64,000 bases of DNA from an uncultured Eubacteriales bacterium (GTDB lineage Bacteria; Bacillota_I; Bacilli_A; RF39; UBA660): positions 3,259-67,258 of the forward strand of contig ONTJ01000002.1 of assembly GCA_900320735.1 (NCBI GenBank), written 5' to 3'. The number at the start of each line of letters is the position of its first letter. Position 1 is the stretch's first letter. Under the pieces are notes generated by a model. That model saw only the letters and a list, made by a program, of their open reading frames with translations, searched no databases and had not been told where the DNA came from. The position numbers and the translations under genes are program-made. This document shows, piece by piece, positions 38,243 to 47,680 of the stretch.

Positions 38243-39169
38243 ATGATCAAAAAATTTAGTATTAAAAAGATATGTAAATATACAATGCTTTTATTGGTGG
38301 TTTTCTTATTTTATCTATTTCCTAAGAAAAATGAATATGAACTTACAAATACTGTTATTAAAAATCATAGGTTAAACTATCATGATGTTTTTTTACTTGA
38401 CAGAAATAATTATTTATCAAAAATCACTATAGAAGTTGCAGCAAAAAATGAGCTGGATTTAATTGATGAATTAATTGAAATTATGAAGGAAGATGGCAGA
38501 TATATAGATAAAATACCAAATGGTTTTAGACCATTTTTACCATCAGATTTAAAAATAAATTCAAAGAAAATAAAAAATGACATACTGATTATTAATTTTT
38601 CAAATGAATTGCTAAAAGGAAATATCCAGGATGAAGAGAGAATAGTAGAGGGACTTATATATACACTTACATCAATTAAAAATATTAAAAAGGTTAAAAT
38701 ATTAATAGATGGTGAAGAATTAAAAAAACTTCCAAAATCGGGTAAAGAATTAGATGAATATCTAAAAAGAGATTTTGGGATAAATAAAGTGTATAATATT
38801 GAAAATTTAAAAGATATAACTAAAGTAATAGTATATTATGTTTCAAAAAATAATGATAATATATATTATATTCCTGTTACAAAATATATAAATTCATCAG
38901 AAGAAAAAATAAAAATAATTATTGATGAACTTACAAGTAAAATGTCTTATAATAGTGATTTAATGAGTTATTTAAACTATAATGCAAAGCTACTTAACTA
39001 TAATTTTAATAACGACAGCATAACATTAAATTTTAACGAATATTTATTTGATAATGAAGTAAATAAAAAAGTATTAGAAGAGGTAATATATAGTATTTCA
39101 TACTCAATAAAAGATAATTATGGTGTCAGTAAAATTAATTTTTGTGTAAATAATACAGAAATTAGATAA
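38243..39169 (+). CDS. GerM-like protein with two GerMN domains and an N-terminal membrane anchor
   Basis: Two repeats of the pattern ...YF/YYV...NNYL/NIYYIPV...ELL/ELTS...LNFS/LNFN, consistent with GerMN domains. Confidence 0.4.
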   Translation: MIKKFSIKKICKYTMLLLVVFLFYLFPKKNEYELTNTVIKNHRLNYHDVFLLDRNNYLSKITIEVAAKNELDLIDELIEIMKEDGRYIDKIPNGFRPFLPSDLKINSKKIKNDILIINFSNELLKGNIQDEERIVEGLIYTLTSIKNIKKVKILIDGEELKKLPKSGKELDEYLKRDFGINKVYNIENLKDITKVIVYYVSKNNDNIYYIPVTKYINSSEEKIKIIIDELTSKMSYNSDLMSYLNYNAKLLNYNFNNDSITLNFNEYLFDNEVNKKVLEEVIYSISYSIKDNYGVSKINFCVNNTEIR

Positions 39170-39230
39170 TTTTACTTGAAAAATATAAAAATATATTTTA
39201 TAATATATTTGTCTTTTAAAAAGACACTGT

Positions 39231-39307
<77 letters not shown>

Positions 39308-39318
39308 CTTAGTATATT

Positions 39319-39346
39319 AACTAACTAGAAATAGTTAGTTTTTTTA
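39319..39346 (+). terminator. Intrinsic terminator after the tRNA (AACTAACTAGAAATAGTTAGTT + T7)
   Basis: Perfect 9-bp stem followed by a T-run. Confidence 0.7.
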
Positions 39347-39353
39347 TAACTAT

Positions 39354-39382
39354 TTGACATTTTTTTAATAAATCGGTATAAT
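39354..39382 (+). promoter_or_regulatory. Consensus SigA promoter TTGACA -17- TATAAT
   Basis: Both hexamers are perfect with a 17-bp spacer, 40 nt upstream of the 39423 start. Confidence 0.6.
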
Positions 39383-39422
39383 TAGATTAATAAATTTACT
39401 TTTAAAAATTTGAGGGTTGTAT

Positions 39423-39725
39423 ATGAAAAAAAAGGTTAAGCAATTTAATGAAGAAATGTTTGATGAAAAAGTTAGATTTACTTCGGATCTAATTTATTGG
39501 TATTTATATAAAAATACGTATGTGTATAGTAATAATATAACAATTCAAAATATTATGAATGAATTTAGAAAGTTTGGCAATCTTGGTATTGATGATCATG
39601 TTATAAATAAAGCACTTAATAGTTTAGTATCATATGGTTATGTGGTATCTACTTTTTCTAATGGAAAGTTAGTATTATTATTATCAAACGAAAAATATGA
39701 TTTAGTTATGAATAAAAAAAACTAG
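39423..39725 (+). CDS. Hypothetical protein (100 aa)
   Basis: ORF with a GAGGG RBS, followed by the terminator ACTAGAATATTCTAGT + T-run. Confidence 0.35.
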   Translation: MKKKVKQFNEEMFDEKVRFTSDLIYWYLYKNTYVYSNNITIQNIMNEFRKFGNLGIDDHVINKALNSLVSYGYVVSTFSNGKLVLLLSNEKYDLVMNKKN

Positions 39726-39807
39726 AATATTCTAGTTTTTTTATTTTGTATCTTGTAATTCCTACTAAAATAGTAGTATAATGAATTTGGATGTGATTTA
39801 TGTGAAA

Positions 39808-40218
39808 ATGTCAACTAAAGGAAGATATGCACTTACTACAATGATGTATTTGGCAAATCATTATAGTGATGAAAAATATATTTCGCTTAAAGAAATATCA
39901 GATAGTGAGGGTATATCATTTAAATATCTAGAAAAGATAGTAAATAATTTAAATAAAAATAATTATTTGGATGTACAAAGAGGTAATAATGGTGGATATA
40001 AATTGAAAAAGAAGCCAGAAGAATATGTTATTGGTGATATCTTAAGGGTTAGTGAGGGTAATTTAGCACCAATTGAATGTCTTACTAAAAATAGTAATTG
40101 TTTTAACAAAAACGATTGTAAAATGTGTTATTTTTGGAAGGGATTATATGATCAGATTAATAATTATGTTGATAGTATTACATTAAAAGATTTAATTAAT
40201 GGAGGCAAAAATGAGTAA
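39808..40218 (+). CDS. Rrf2-family Fe-S-cluster-sensing transcriptional regulator (IscR/SufR-like)
   Basis: N-terminal STKGRYAL winged-helix signature; C-terminal CxxxxxxCxxxxxCxxC cysteines; directly upstream of sufCBD. Confidence 0.75.
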   Translation: MSTKGRYALTTMMYLANHYSDEKYISLKEISDSEGISFKYLEKIVNNLNKNNYLDVQRGNNGGYKLKKKPEEYVIGDILRVSEGNLAPIECLTKNSNCFNKNDCKMCYFWKGLYDQINNYVDSITLKDLINGGKNE

Positions 40219-40948
40219 ACTACTAGAAATTAAAAATTTAAATACATGTGTTAAAGATAGTAATAAGAAAATATTAAAAGGACTTGATTTGAATGTTAAT
40301 AAAGGTGAAATTCATGTAATAATGGGACCAAATGGATCTGGTAAGTCAACACTTGCAAATAGTATATTAAATAATTCTAAATATGAAATAACTGATGGAG
40401 AAATTATATTTGATGGTGAGAAAATAAATGATTTATCGACTGATAAGATAGCGCAAAAAGGTATTTTTATGTCTTTTCAAACACCTGAAGAAATACCTGG
40501 TATTTCAGTTGCGCATTTTCTCAAAACTGCTAAGACTCAAACTGAAAGTATAAATCTATTTTCTTTTTCAAAAAAAGTAGAAGAAAATATGAAAAAATTA
40601 GACATAGATACAAATTATTTAAATAGAGATTTAAACGTTGGATTCTCAGGTGGAGAGAAAAAGAAATGTGAAATTTTGCAATTATTAACGTTAGATCCAA
40701 AATTAGCTATATTAGATGAGACAGATTCAGGTTTAGATGTAGATGCAATTAAAATCGTATCTAAAGGAATAAATTTATTTAAAAATGCTGATAATGCGGT
40801 TATTATTATTACTCACTCAACTAGAATTTTAAAAAATTTAGATGTAGATTATGTACATATTTTATATAATGGTAAGATTATAAAAACTGGTGATATTACT
40901 CTTGCAAATGAAATTGAAGATAAAGGATACACACCATTTATTAAGTAG
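40211..40948 (+). CDS. sufC: Fe-S cluster assembly ATPase SufC
   Basis: GPNGSGKST, FSGGEKK, LDETDSGLD motifs. Confidence 0.9.
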   Translation: MSKLLEIKNLNTCVKDSNKKILKGLDLNVNKGEIHVIMGPNGSGKSTLANSILNNSKYEITDGEIIFDGEKINDLSTDKIAQKGIFMSFQTPEEIPGISVAHFLKTAKTQTESINLFSFSKKVEENMKKLDIDTNYLNRDLNVGFSGGEKKKCEILQLLTLDPKLAILDETDSGLDVDAIKIVSKGINLFKNADNAVIIITHSTRILKNLDVDYVHILYNGKIIKTGDITLANEIEDKGYTPFIK

Positions 40949-40954
40949 GTATTT

Positions 40955-42361
40955 ATGAAAACTAATGTAAGTCAATTTGAAGATAAGAATATAAAAAATG
41001 TATATAATATAAAAACTAAAGATAAATATGTTTCTAAGGAAATAGGTTTAACAAAAGAAGTGGTTGAGAAAATAAGTAAGGAAAAAGGGGAACCTTCTTG
41101 GGTACTTGATATAAGATTAAAGGCACTTGATTTATTTTATAAATTACCTATGCCTACTTGGGGTCCTGATTTAAGTGAAATTGATTTAGATAAGATTTAT
41201 ACTTTTGTTAAATCTGGAAATAATGAAAGTGATACATGGGATGATGTTCCTGAAGATATAAAAAATGTTTTTGATGCACTTGGAATTCCAGAAGCAGAGA
41301 AAAAATCACTCGCAGGTGTTGGTGCACAGTATGATTCTGAAATGATATATCACAAACTAAGTGAAAAATTAAAGGATAAGGGAGTAATATATACTAATTT
41401 TGACACTGCCATAAAAGAATATCCAGATTTAGTAAAAAAATATTTTACTAAAGCAGTTTCAATTAATGATCATAAATTTATTGCTCTTCATTATGCTTTG
41501 TTTTCAGGAGGTAGTTTTGTCTATATTCCAAAAGGAATTATCTTAGATGAACCACTTCAGTCATATTTTAGATTAAATTCACCAGGTGCAGGTCAATTTG
41601 AACATACACTTATTATTGTTGAGGAAGGTGCATCACTTCAATTTATTGAGGGGTGTTCAGCACCTGGATATAATGAGCTTAATTTGCATGCCGGGTGTGT
41701 AGAATTATTCGTTGAAAATAATGCTTTTTTAAGATTTTCTACCATAGAAAATTGGTCAAAAAATATGATGAATCTAAATACTAAAAAATGTTTAGTTAAA
41801 GAAAATGGAAAGATTGAATGGATAATGGGATCTTTTGGATCAAAAGTATCTATGCTTTATCCAATGACTATCCTAAATGGTGATAATGCAAAATGTGAGT
41901 TTACTGCACTTTCTTTTGCAGGCAAAAATCAAAACTTGGATACAGGTATTAAGGTAATACACAATGCAAAAAATACATCGACTATAGTTAATTCTAAATC
42001 GATTTCAAAAGATAATGGTATATGTACTTTTAGAAGTTATATAAGAGTTTTAAATAATGCACACAAATCTAAATTGGCTTTATCATGTGAATCTTTAATG
42101 CTAGATAGTGAAAGTAGAAGTGATACAATTCCTGTAAATGAACTTGAAGTAGATGATGTTACTTTTTCACATGAAGCGAAAATTGGAAAAATATCAGATG
42201 ATGCAATATTCTATTTGATGAGTAGAGGATTAGGTGAAGAAGAGGCAAAAGCTCTAATTGTACGTGGATTTGCTGAACCTATTTCTAAGGTGTTTCCAGT
42301 TGAGTATGCCGTTGAAATGAATAGACTTATTAATTTAGAATTAGAAGGAACCATAGGTTAG
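40955..42361 (+). CDS. sufB: Fe-S cluster assembly protein SufB
   Basis: 468 aa with SufB signature regions (FRLNSPGAGQFEHTLII, ...SCESLMLD...). Confidence 0.9.
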   Translation: MKTNVSQFEDKNIKNVYNIKTKDKYVSKEIGLTKEVVEKISKEKGEPSWVLDIRLKALDLFYKLPMPTWGPDLSEIDLDKIYTFVKSGNNESDTWDDVPEDIKNVFDALGIPEAEKKSLAGVGAQYDSEMIYHKLSEKLKDKGVIYTNFDTAIKEYPDLVKKYFTKAVSINDHKFIALHYALFSGGSFVYIPKGIILDEPLQSYFRLNSPGAGQFEHTLIIVEEGASLQFIEGCSAPGYNELNLHAGCVELFVENNAFLRFSTIENWSKNMMNLNTKKCLVKENGKIEWIMGSFGSKVSMLYPMTILNGDNAKCEFTALSFAGKNQNLDTGIKVIHNAKNTSTIVNSKSISKDNGICTFRSYIRVLNNAHKSKLALSCESLMLDSESRSDTIPVNELEVDDVTFSHEAKIGKISDDAIFYLMSRGLGEEEAKALIVRGFAEPISKVFPVEYAVEMNRLINLELEGTIG

Positions 42362-42371
42362 GAGGAAGAAT

Positions 42372-43379
42372 ATGGAATATATATTAAATGAAACTCCTAT
42401 AAGGACTAGTAATAATTTTAAGATTAACAACATTAAACTTGAATTGAATATTAGTGAAACTAATTTCAATAAATATAAAATTAAAGGTACGACATATACG
42501 GAAATAATAAGTGAAAATTATAATTCTAAAATAGGATTAGAATCTAAAAAATATAATGATATTACTATTGATGTTAATGATATTTTAGATGATACAATTT
42601 ACATAAATTATGATTTTAGTGAAAAAAATAATTTTCTAGCGAGTAAATTAAATATAAATTTAAGAGATAATTCAAAATCAAATATTATAATTAAATATAA
42701 ATCTGAAAGTAGTAGTGTCAATAATTCATCTGTTGTAATAAATGCAGGAAAAAATTCTATTTGTAATATATCAATTTTAAATTTATTAAGTGATGATTCA
42801 AAGTCATTTATTGCAATAGAAAATCTACAAGATGATAATTCTAATATTAACATTAATTTTATTGATATTGGTGGAGACATTAGAGTTTCTAATTATTATT
42901 CAAGACTAAATGGACATGATAGTTTAAATAATTTTAACAATATTTATGTAGGTAATACAAATGATAGAATTGATATGAATTATTATGTTGCTAATATAAA
43001 TAAAAATACAAATGGTAATATGCAAATATATGGTGTATTAAATGATAATGCACATAAAACATTCAAGGGGACAATTGACTTTATAGAAGGTTGCGTTAAT
43101 AGTATAGGATGTGAAAATGAGGATGTAATATTACTATCAGATAAGTGTAAATCTAAATCATTGCCTATGCTTTTGTGTCATGAAGAAAATGTAAGCGGAG
43201 CTCATGGTGTATCAACAGGTACGATTGATGAAGATAAGCTGTTTTATATAATGAGTAAGGGTATTTCATATGAAGAAGCAAAAAAATTAATAATATATGC
43301 TAGTTTTAATAAAATATTGAACATTCTTGATGATAAATTAAAAAATGAAATTACTAATAAAATAAATAATAAAATATAG
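42372..43379 (+). CDS. sufD: Fe-S cluster assembly protein SufD (divergent)
   Basis: The C-terminal block LLCHEENVSGAHGVSTGTIDEDKLFYIMSKGISYEEAKKLI matches the SufB/SufD family C-terminus. Confidence 0.65.
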   Translation: MEYILNETPIRTSNNFKINNIKLELNISETNFNKYKIKGTTYTEIISENYNSKIGLESKKYNDITIDVNDILDDTIYINYDFSEKNNFLASKLNINLRDNSKSNIIIKYKSESSSVNNSSVVINAGKNSICNISILNLLSDDSKSFIAIENLQDDNSNININFIDIGGDIRVSNYYSRLNGHDSLNNFNNIYVGNTNDRIDMNYYVANINKNTNGNMQIYGVLNDNAHKTFKGTIDFIEGCVNSIGCENEDVILLSDKCKSKSLPMLLCHEENVSGAHGVSTGTIDEDKLFYIMSKGISYEEAKKLIIYASFNKILNILDDKLKNEITNKINNKI

Positions 43380-43430
43380 ATACTTTTCATATTAATAGTT
43401 TATATGTTATAATTGTATTAGGAGGTACTT

Positions 43431-43760
43431 ATGAAAATATCTAGTCATGATTTAAAATATGTAGATGGTGAAGATTGGTTTAGAATATTAGGTTCAGGCT
43501 ATAGAATAGTATTTTATTTTGACGATGGCACTTATAAAATTGGACCTTACGCTAAGAGAGTGGAAGATTTTATGATAGGATTTTATGAAAAAGATGAAAT
43601 AAATAAAGATATGAACCTAGAAAATTTTATAACTATAGACGAACTGTTGGAAACATATTTAGAAAACTTTCCAGCTGTTGAAGCTGTTGAATTATATTCA
43701 ACAGAAGGACTACGTTATGGACGAAAAGTTAGAAATGATGAAATATCATTAAAAAAATAA
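43431..43760 (+). CDS. Hypothetical protein (109 aa)
   Basis: ORF with a GGAGG RBS and a downstream terminator (CCATATGG + T-run). Confidence 0.35.
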   Translation: MKISSHDLKYVDGEDWFRILGSGYRIVFYFDDGTYKIGPYAKRVEDFMIGFYEKDEINKDMNLENFITIDELLETYLENFPAVEAVELYSTEGLRYGRKVRNDEISLKK

Positions 43761-43810
43761 CCATATGGTTATTTTTTTTAAGTTATGGTATAATTAAAAC
43801 TGGTGGTAAT

Positions 43811-44389
43811 ATGAATAAAGTGGATTATTTCAAAAAAGAATATGAATACATTAAAAATGATAAATATAAAAAATGTGCCAAGGAATTAGTGGAAATACTT
43901 CCAGATTATTTTTTTGAAGTTCCTGCATCATCAACTGGAAAGTATCATCCATTATTTTCACTTGGTGAAGGTGGTTTATTAAGACATACTAAAGCTGCGA
44001 TGAAAATTGCGAGAGATCTTTTAGAAAATGAAAGTTTAGGACATAAATTTACTAACGATGAAAAAGATTTATTACTTATTTCAATAATGATGCATGATGG
44101 TTTAAAATCTGGTTATCCTAAAGAGAAATATACGAGATTTGATCATCCAATAATTATATGTGATTATATAGAATCTAATAAGGATAAATTATCACTAGAT
44201 AAAGATGATTATAAATTTATGAGAAAAGTTATTTCTTCACATATGGGGCAATGGAATACTAGTCCATATTCAGATGTAGTTTTACCACTACCAGAAGATA
44301 AATATCAAAGATTTGTGCATTTATGTGATTATTTATCTAGTAGAAAATATATAGATATTAAATTTGAAAACAATGATATAGTTGAGTAA
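43811..44389 (+). CDS. HD-domain phosphohydrolase
   Basis: H...HD metal-binding signature (LRHTKAAM ... MMHDGLK) and a later SSHMGQW. Confidence 0.6.
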   Translation: MNKVDYFKKEYEYIKNDKYKKCAKELVEILPDYFFEVPASSTGKYHPLFSLGEGGLLRHTKAAMKIARDLLENESLGHKFTNDEKDLLLISIMMHDGLKSGYPKEKYTRFDHPIIICDYIESNKDKLSLDKDDYKFMRKVISSHMGQWNTSPYSDVVLPLPEDKYQRFVHLCDYLSSRKYIDIKFENNDIVE

Positions 44390-44403
44390 AGGAAGGTATT
44401 ATT

Positions 44404-44961
44404 ATGAATAAATATTTAAAATGGTTAATTATAGTTGTACCATTTATATTAGTATTAATTTTTATAACAATTGCACTTTTATTGTCTAATAAGGAAGAAG
44501 AAGTAAAAATTATAAATAAAGAATTCGTAACTAAGGATGGTAGAGTTACTTTTTCTGCAGATGCGAAATATGTTAGCAGTGATAAGGGGGAGTATGACTT
44601 ATATTTAAATAAAGACAAAAAACAAATTGTGGGTATATTTACATATAATTTAAGTGAATATGAAGAGAAAACAGATAAAGAAATATTAGACAAACAAGTA
44701 GGAGGATTTATTGAAAGTAGAAAAAATACTACTTTATTAAAAAAGGAAAGTACCATAGAAATGGATGATAAGAAAATAACAAAAATAGAATATTCTGGTA
44801 AAACAGATAAATCATCTGAATGTGTATACATTTTTTCTGTTATTACTTTTACAAATGATCCAAATTACGTAATATATGTGAATGAAGTTATACTTAAAAG
44901 TAATTACGAAAAAAATATTTCAGAAATGATCAGTATATTAAAGAGCGCAAAACTAAATTAA
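44404..44961 (+). CDS. Membrane-anchored hypothetical protein (N-terminal TM, extracytoplasmic domain)
   Basis: Hydrophobic N-terminus WLIIVVPFILVLIFITIALLL. Confidence 0.35.
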   Translation: MNKYLKWLIIVVPFILVLIFITIALLLSNKEEEVKIINKEFVTKDGRVTFSADAKYVSSDKGEYDLYLNKDKKQIVGIFTYNLSEYEEKTDKEILDKQVGGFIESRKNTTLLKKESTIEMDDKKITKIEYSGKTDKSSECVYIFSVITFTNDPNYVIYVNEVILKSNYEKNISEMISILKSAKLN

Positions 44962-44975
44962 TTTTAGTTTTTTTT

Positions 44976-45014
44976 ATTTTTTAGTGGAATTTTCATTTTT
45001 ATAGCGAATATATA
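44976..45014 (+). promoter_or_regulatory. Copy (c) of the sigma-H-like promoter motif (AGTGGAATT -11- AGCGAATAT), upstream of the C39/ABC exporter
   Basis: TTTTTAGTGGAATTTTCATTTTTATAGCGAATATATAT aligns with copies (a) and (b). Confidence 0.45.
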
Positions 45015-45035
45015 TAGTAGGAGGGTAAAATAAAA

Positions 45036-47039
45036 ATGAAATTTGTAAAACAACAAAATGAAAAAGATTGTGCTGTTGCATGTCTTTATAACATAATTAG
45101 ATATCATAAAGGTTATGTTGATATGGACAAGCTTAGAGTTAAGTTAAAAACAAACAAAGATGGTACAAGTGTGTATGATATTGTAAAGGTGAGTAATGAA
45201 ATTGGTTTTCAATCAGATGCTTATGAATGTGAGCTGAATAACTTGATTGACGTCAAATTACCAATAATTGCACACATAAAATTAAATAATATATATGACC
45301 ATTTTGTAATAGTTTATAAAATTGTTGATTATGATGTTTATATATTTGATCCAATACGTGGGTATATAAAACTTCAAATGGAAGAATTTGAAAATACATG
45401 AACAGGTATAATAATAACTTTTAATAAGATAAATAATATTTTAAAAGAAAAAAATAAATTTATTAGTATTTTATATTCTGGTATTAAAAAATATTATAAA
45501 ATTATTTTTTTAGTATTATTTTTATCCTTATTATCAACCATACTTTCCATTATTCACTCTCTATATTTAAGCTATTTGTTTGATAGTAAGTTTAATTATT
45601 CTAATGTGTTTATATTATTTTTAATTATATGTGTTCTAAAGATTGTATTGGATTATATTAGAAATAATCTCATATTAACACTTAACATAAAGTTTGACAG
45701 TAGTCTTACAAATAAAACGTTTAAAAATATTTTATCTCTCCCTCTTTTATATCATCATAATAGGCCAGTTGGTGATATAGTATCTAGAATAAATGATTTA
45801 TCTAGTATAAAAGAGTTCATAAATAATATTAGTTTTTCTTTTATAATTGATTTTGCGTATATATTTATCATTAATATCATATTGTTATCTATTAATAAAT
45901 TAATGTTTTTAATAACTCTTATTATGGAATTTTTGTATATGTTAATTTATTTATTATGTAGGAGGAATTTAGATAAATTGTCATATGTTGTTAAAAACAA
46001 TGCATCTATTTCAAACAGTTATTTAGTAGAAAGTATTTTGGGTATAGATACGATCAAAAATTTTTCTATTGAGGATAAGAGAAATACTGAATTTAAAAAA
46101 GTATATAAAAAATTTTTGCTAAGTAGTAAGAAAATTAGTAAATTAGTATTTAATTATAGTTTATTTCAAGAATTAGTTTGTAATCTCTCTAGTATTTTGT
46201 GTATATATATTGGTTTTATTTTGTTATACAAAAATTCTTTATCATTAAGTAAATTAATATGTTTTAATTCATTAGTTATTTCGTTATTCATATCATTTAA
46301 AAATATAATTTCTCTTGATCAATTAGTTATAGATGCTAAAAATTCTTATAAGAGAATCATTGAATTAAATAAAGTCAAAGGACATAAACATTATAGAAAG
46401 ATAAATCAAGTTAACACAATAAGATTTAATAATGTTAGTTATTCATATAATGGCGTGTATAACATTATTAATAATATAAATTTTGCTATCAAAAAGGGTG
46501 AATATGTATTTGTAAAAGGTAGTAGTGGTTCGGGTAAATCTACCATATTTAAACTACTTATGAAAATATTAGAATGTGATAATGACATGATTAAGATAAA
46601 TGATATTGATGTAAATAATATATCATATAGTGATATTACTAATAATATTTGTTTTGTTTCACAAAATGAATATATTTTTACGGATTCTATACTTAATAAT
46701 ATAAGATTATTTAAAGAAGTATCAGATGAAGATATTCAAAAAGTTATAAGGATTACTAATATTGATAACATTCTAAAAAAAAGAAACATAACATTAGACT
46801 TTCTTTTAGAAGAAAATGGCCATAATTTATCTGGAGGTGAAAGACAAAGAATAATACTTGCAAGAGCATTGCTTCAAAATAAAGAAGTATTAATACTCGA
46901 TGAAACAATGAATGAATTAGATATTGAAAGTGAAAGAAAAATTATACAAAAAATAAAAACTGAATACAATTTAACATTGATATTAATTTCACACAGATTC
47001 AGTAATAATGATTTATTTGAAAAAGTTGTGCAAGTATAA
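45036..47039 (+). pseudogene. Bacteriocin/competence-type ABC exporter with an N-terminal peptidase C39 domain, interrupted by one in-frame TGA (45399-45401) between the C39 domain and the first TM helix. It is either a disrupted gene or is expressed as two pieces.
   Basis: C39 signature QQNEKDCAVACLYNIIRYHKG plus the His region HFVIVY. The frame continues without further stops through 45402-45575 into the TMD plus ABC ATPase (GSSGSGKST, LSGGERQR, LDETMNELD). Confidence 0.7.
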
Positions 47040-47045
47040 AAAAAT

Positions 47046-47186
47046 ATGAGAAAATTAAGTGAAGAGGAAATGTTAAGTACAAAAGCAGGTGGAATATCTG
47101 CGATTACATGGGCTATAATTAGCGCAGCACTATCTTTTTTTGGAGGATTTTTAGATGGTTATACAAGACCATATAAATGTAGATAG
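47046..47186 (+). CDS. Bacteriocin-like precursor peptide 1 (46 aa). It has a double-glycine leader MRKLSEEEMLSTKAGG and the predicted mature peptide ISAITWAIISAALSFFGGFLDGYTRPYKCR.
   Basis: Unannotated small ORF 6 nt after the exporter stop. The leader fits the LSxxELxxIxGG pattern; the mature part is hydrophobic and cationic with Gly motifs. Confidence 0.55.
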   Translation: MRKLSEEEMLSTKAGGISAITWAIISAALSFFGGFLDGYTRPYKCR

Positions 47187-47195
47187 GAGGTATAT

Positions 47196-47363
47196 GTGAA
47201 GAAAATAAATGAAGATAAAATGAAATCTATAAAAGCCGGCGCTGGTATTACAGGTACCTTAATTAATTCAATTTTACGAGCTGTAAATATATTTAGTGAT
47301 GCTGGCCGTTATTTTGGTTCGTCAATTCGAAGAATTTTTTCAAAAAATTTATGTAGATTTTAG
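47196..47363 (+). CDS. Bacteriocin-like precursor peptide 2 (55 aa; GTG start after AGGAGG). Leader MKKINEDKMKSIKAG(A/G); cationic mature peptide with GxxxG (AGRYFG).
   Basis: Second small ORF 9 nt downstream of peptide 1, followed by a strong terminator at 47371-47395; an AGGAGG RBS precedes it. Confidence 0.45.
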   Translation: MKKINEDKMKSIKAGAGITGTLINSILRAVNIFSDAGRYFGSSIRRIFSKNLCRF

Positions 47364-47370
47364 TAGATAG

Positions 47371-47395
47371 GAAGCATAAGCTTCCTATTATCATA
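47371..47395 (+). terminator. Intrinsic terminator after the bacteriocin-like genes (ATAGGAAGCATAAGCTTCCTAT)
   Basis: 9-bp perfect stem followed by T-rich sequence. Confidence 0.65.
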
Positions 47396-47499
47396 TTTTA
47401 AAGTTATATTATATATTGACAAATAAAAAAAGTAAGTAATATTAGTATTGCTATTAATTATTATATTTGATATAATAATTACAGAAATTCGTTGATTAT

Positions 47500-47680
47500 G
47501 TAGAGTAATTATTGATTATTTATAAGAGAGTTAGTGGTTGGTGTAAACTAATAATAATTTATAATGAAAGTGCTGACATATGAGAAGGTTATTAAACCCG
47601 GGGCAACTCGTTATTTAATTAAGAAAAATAAAGGATGGTACCGCCTAATATGGCTCCTTAATATACCATCTTTTTATTTT
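47500..47680 (+). promoter_or_regulatory. Second T-box riboswitch leader, with the T-box sequence at 47630-47646 and terminator stem GGATGGTA...TACCATC + T-run ending at 47675. A candidate GCU (Ala) specifier lies in ...GAAAGTGCTGAC...
   Basis: AGAGAG stem-I element and T-box sequence. The 41-nt block (T-box plus 5' terminator half) is identical to the thrS leader copy; the 3' half of the stem differs at one position. The alaS operon lies downstream. Confidence 0.7.

Noticed and set aside
45399-45401. In-frame TGA read as Trp (Mollicutes code 4) or selenocysteine
   Set aside because: Trp is encoded by TGG throughout (for example WCGPCK in trxA, FWVGP in thrS). TGA terminates pyk at 13219-13221. 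Long ORFs are intact under code 11. No SECIS-like hairpin is evident downstream.
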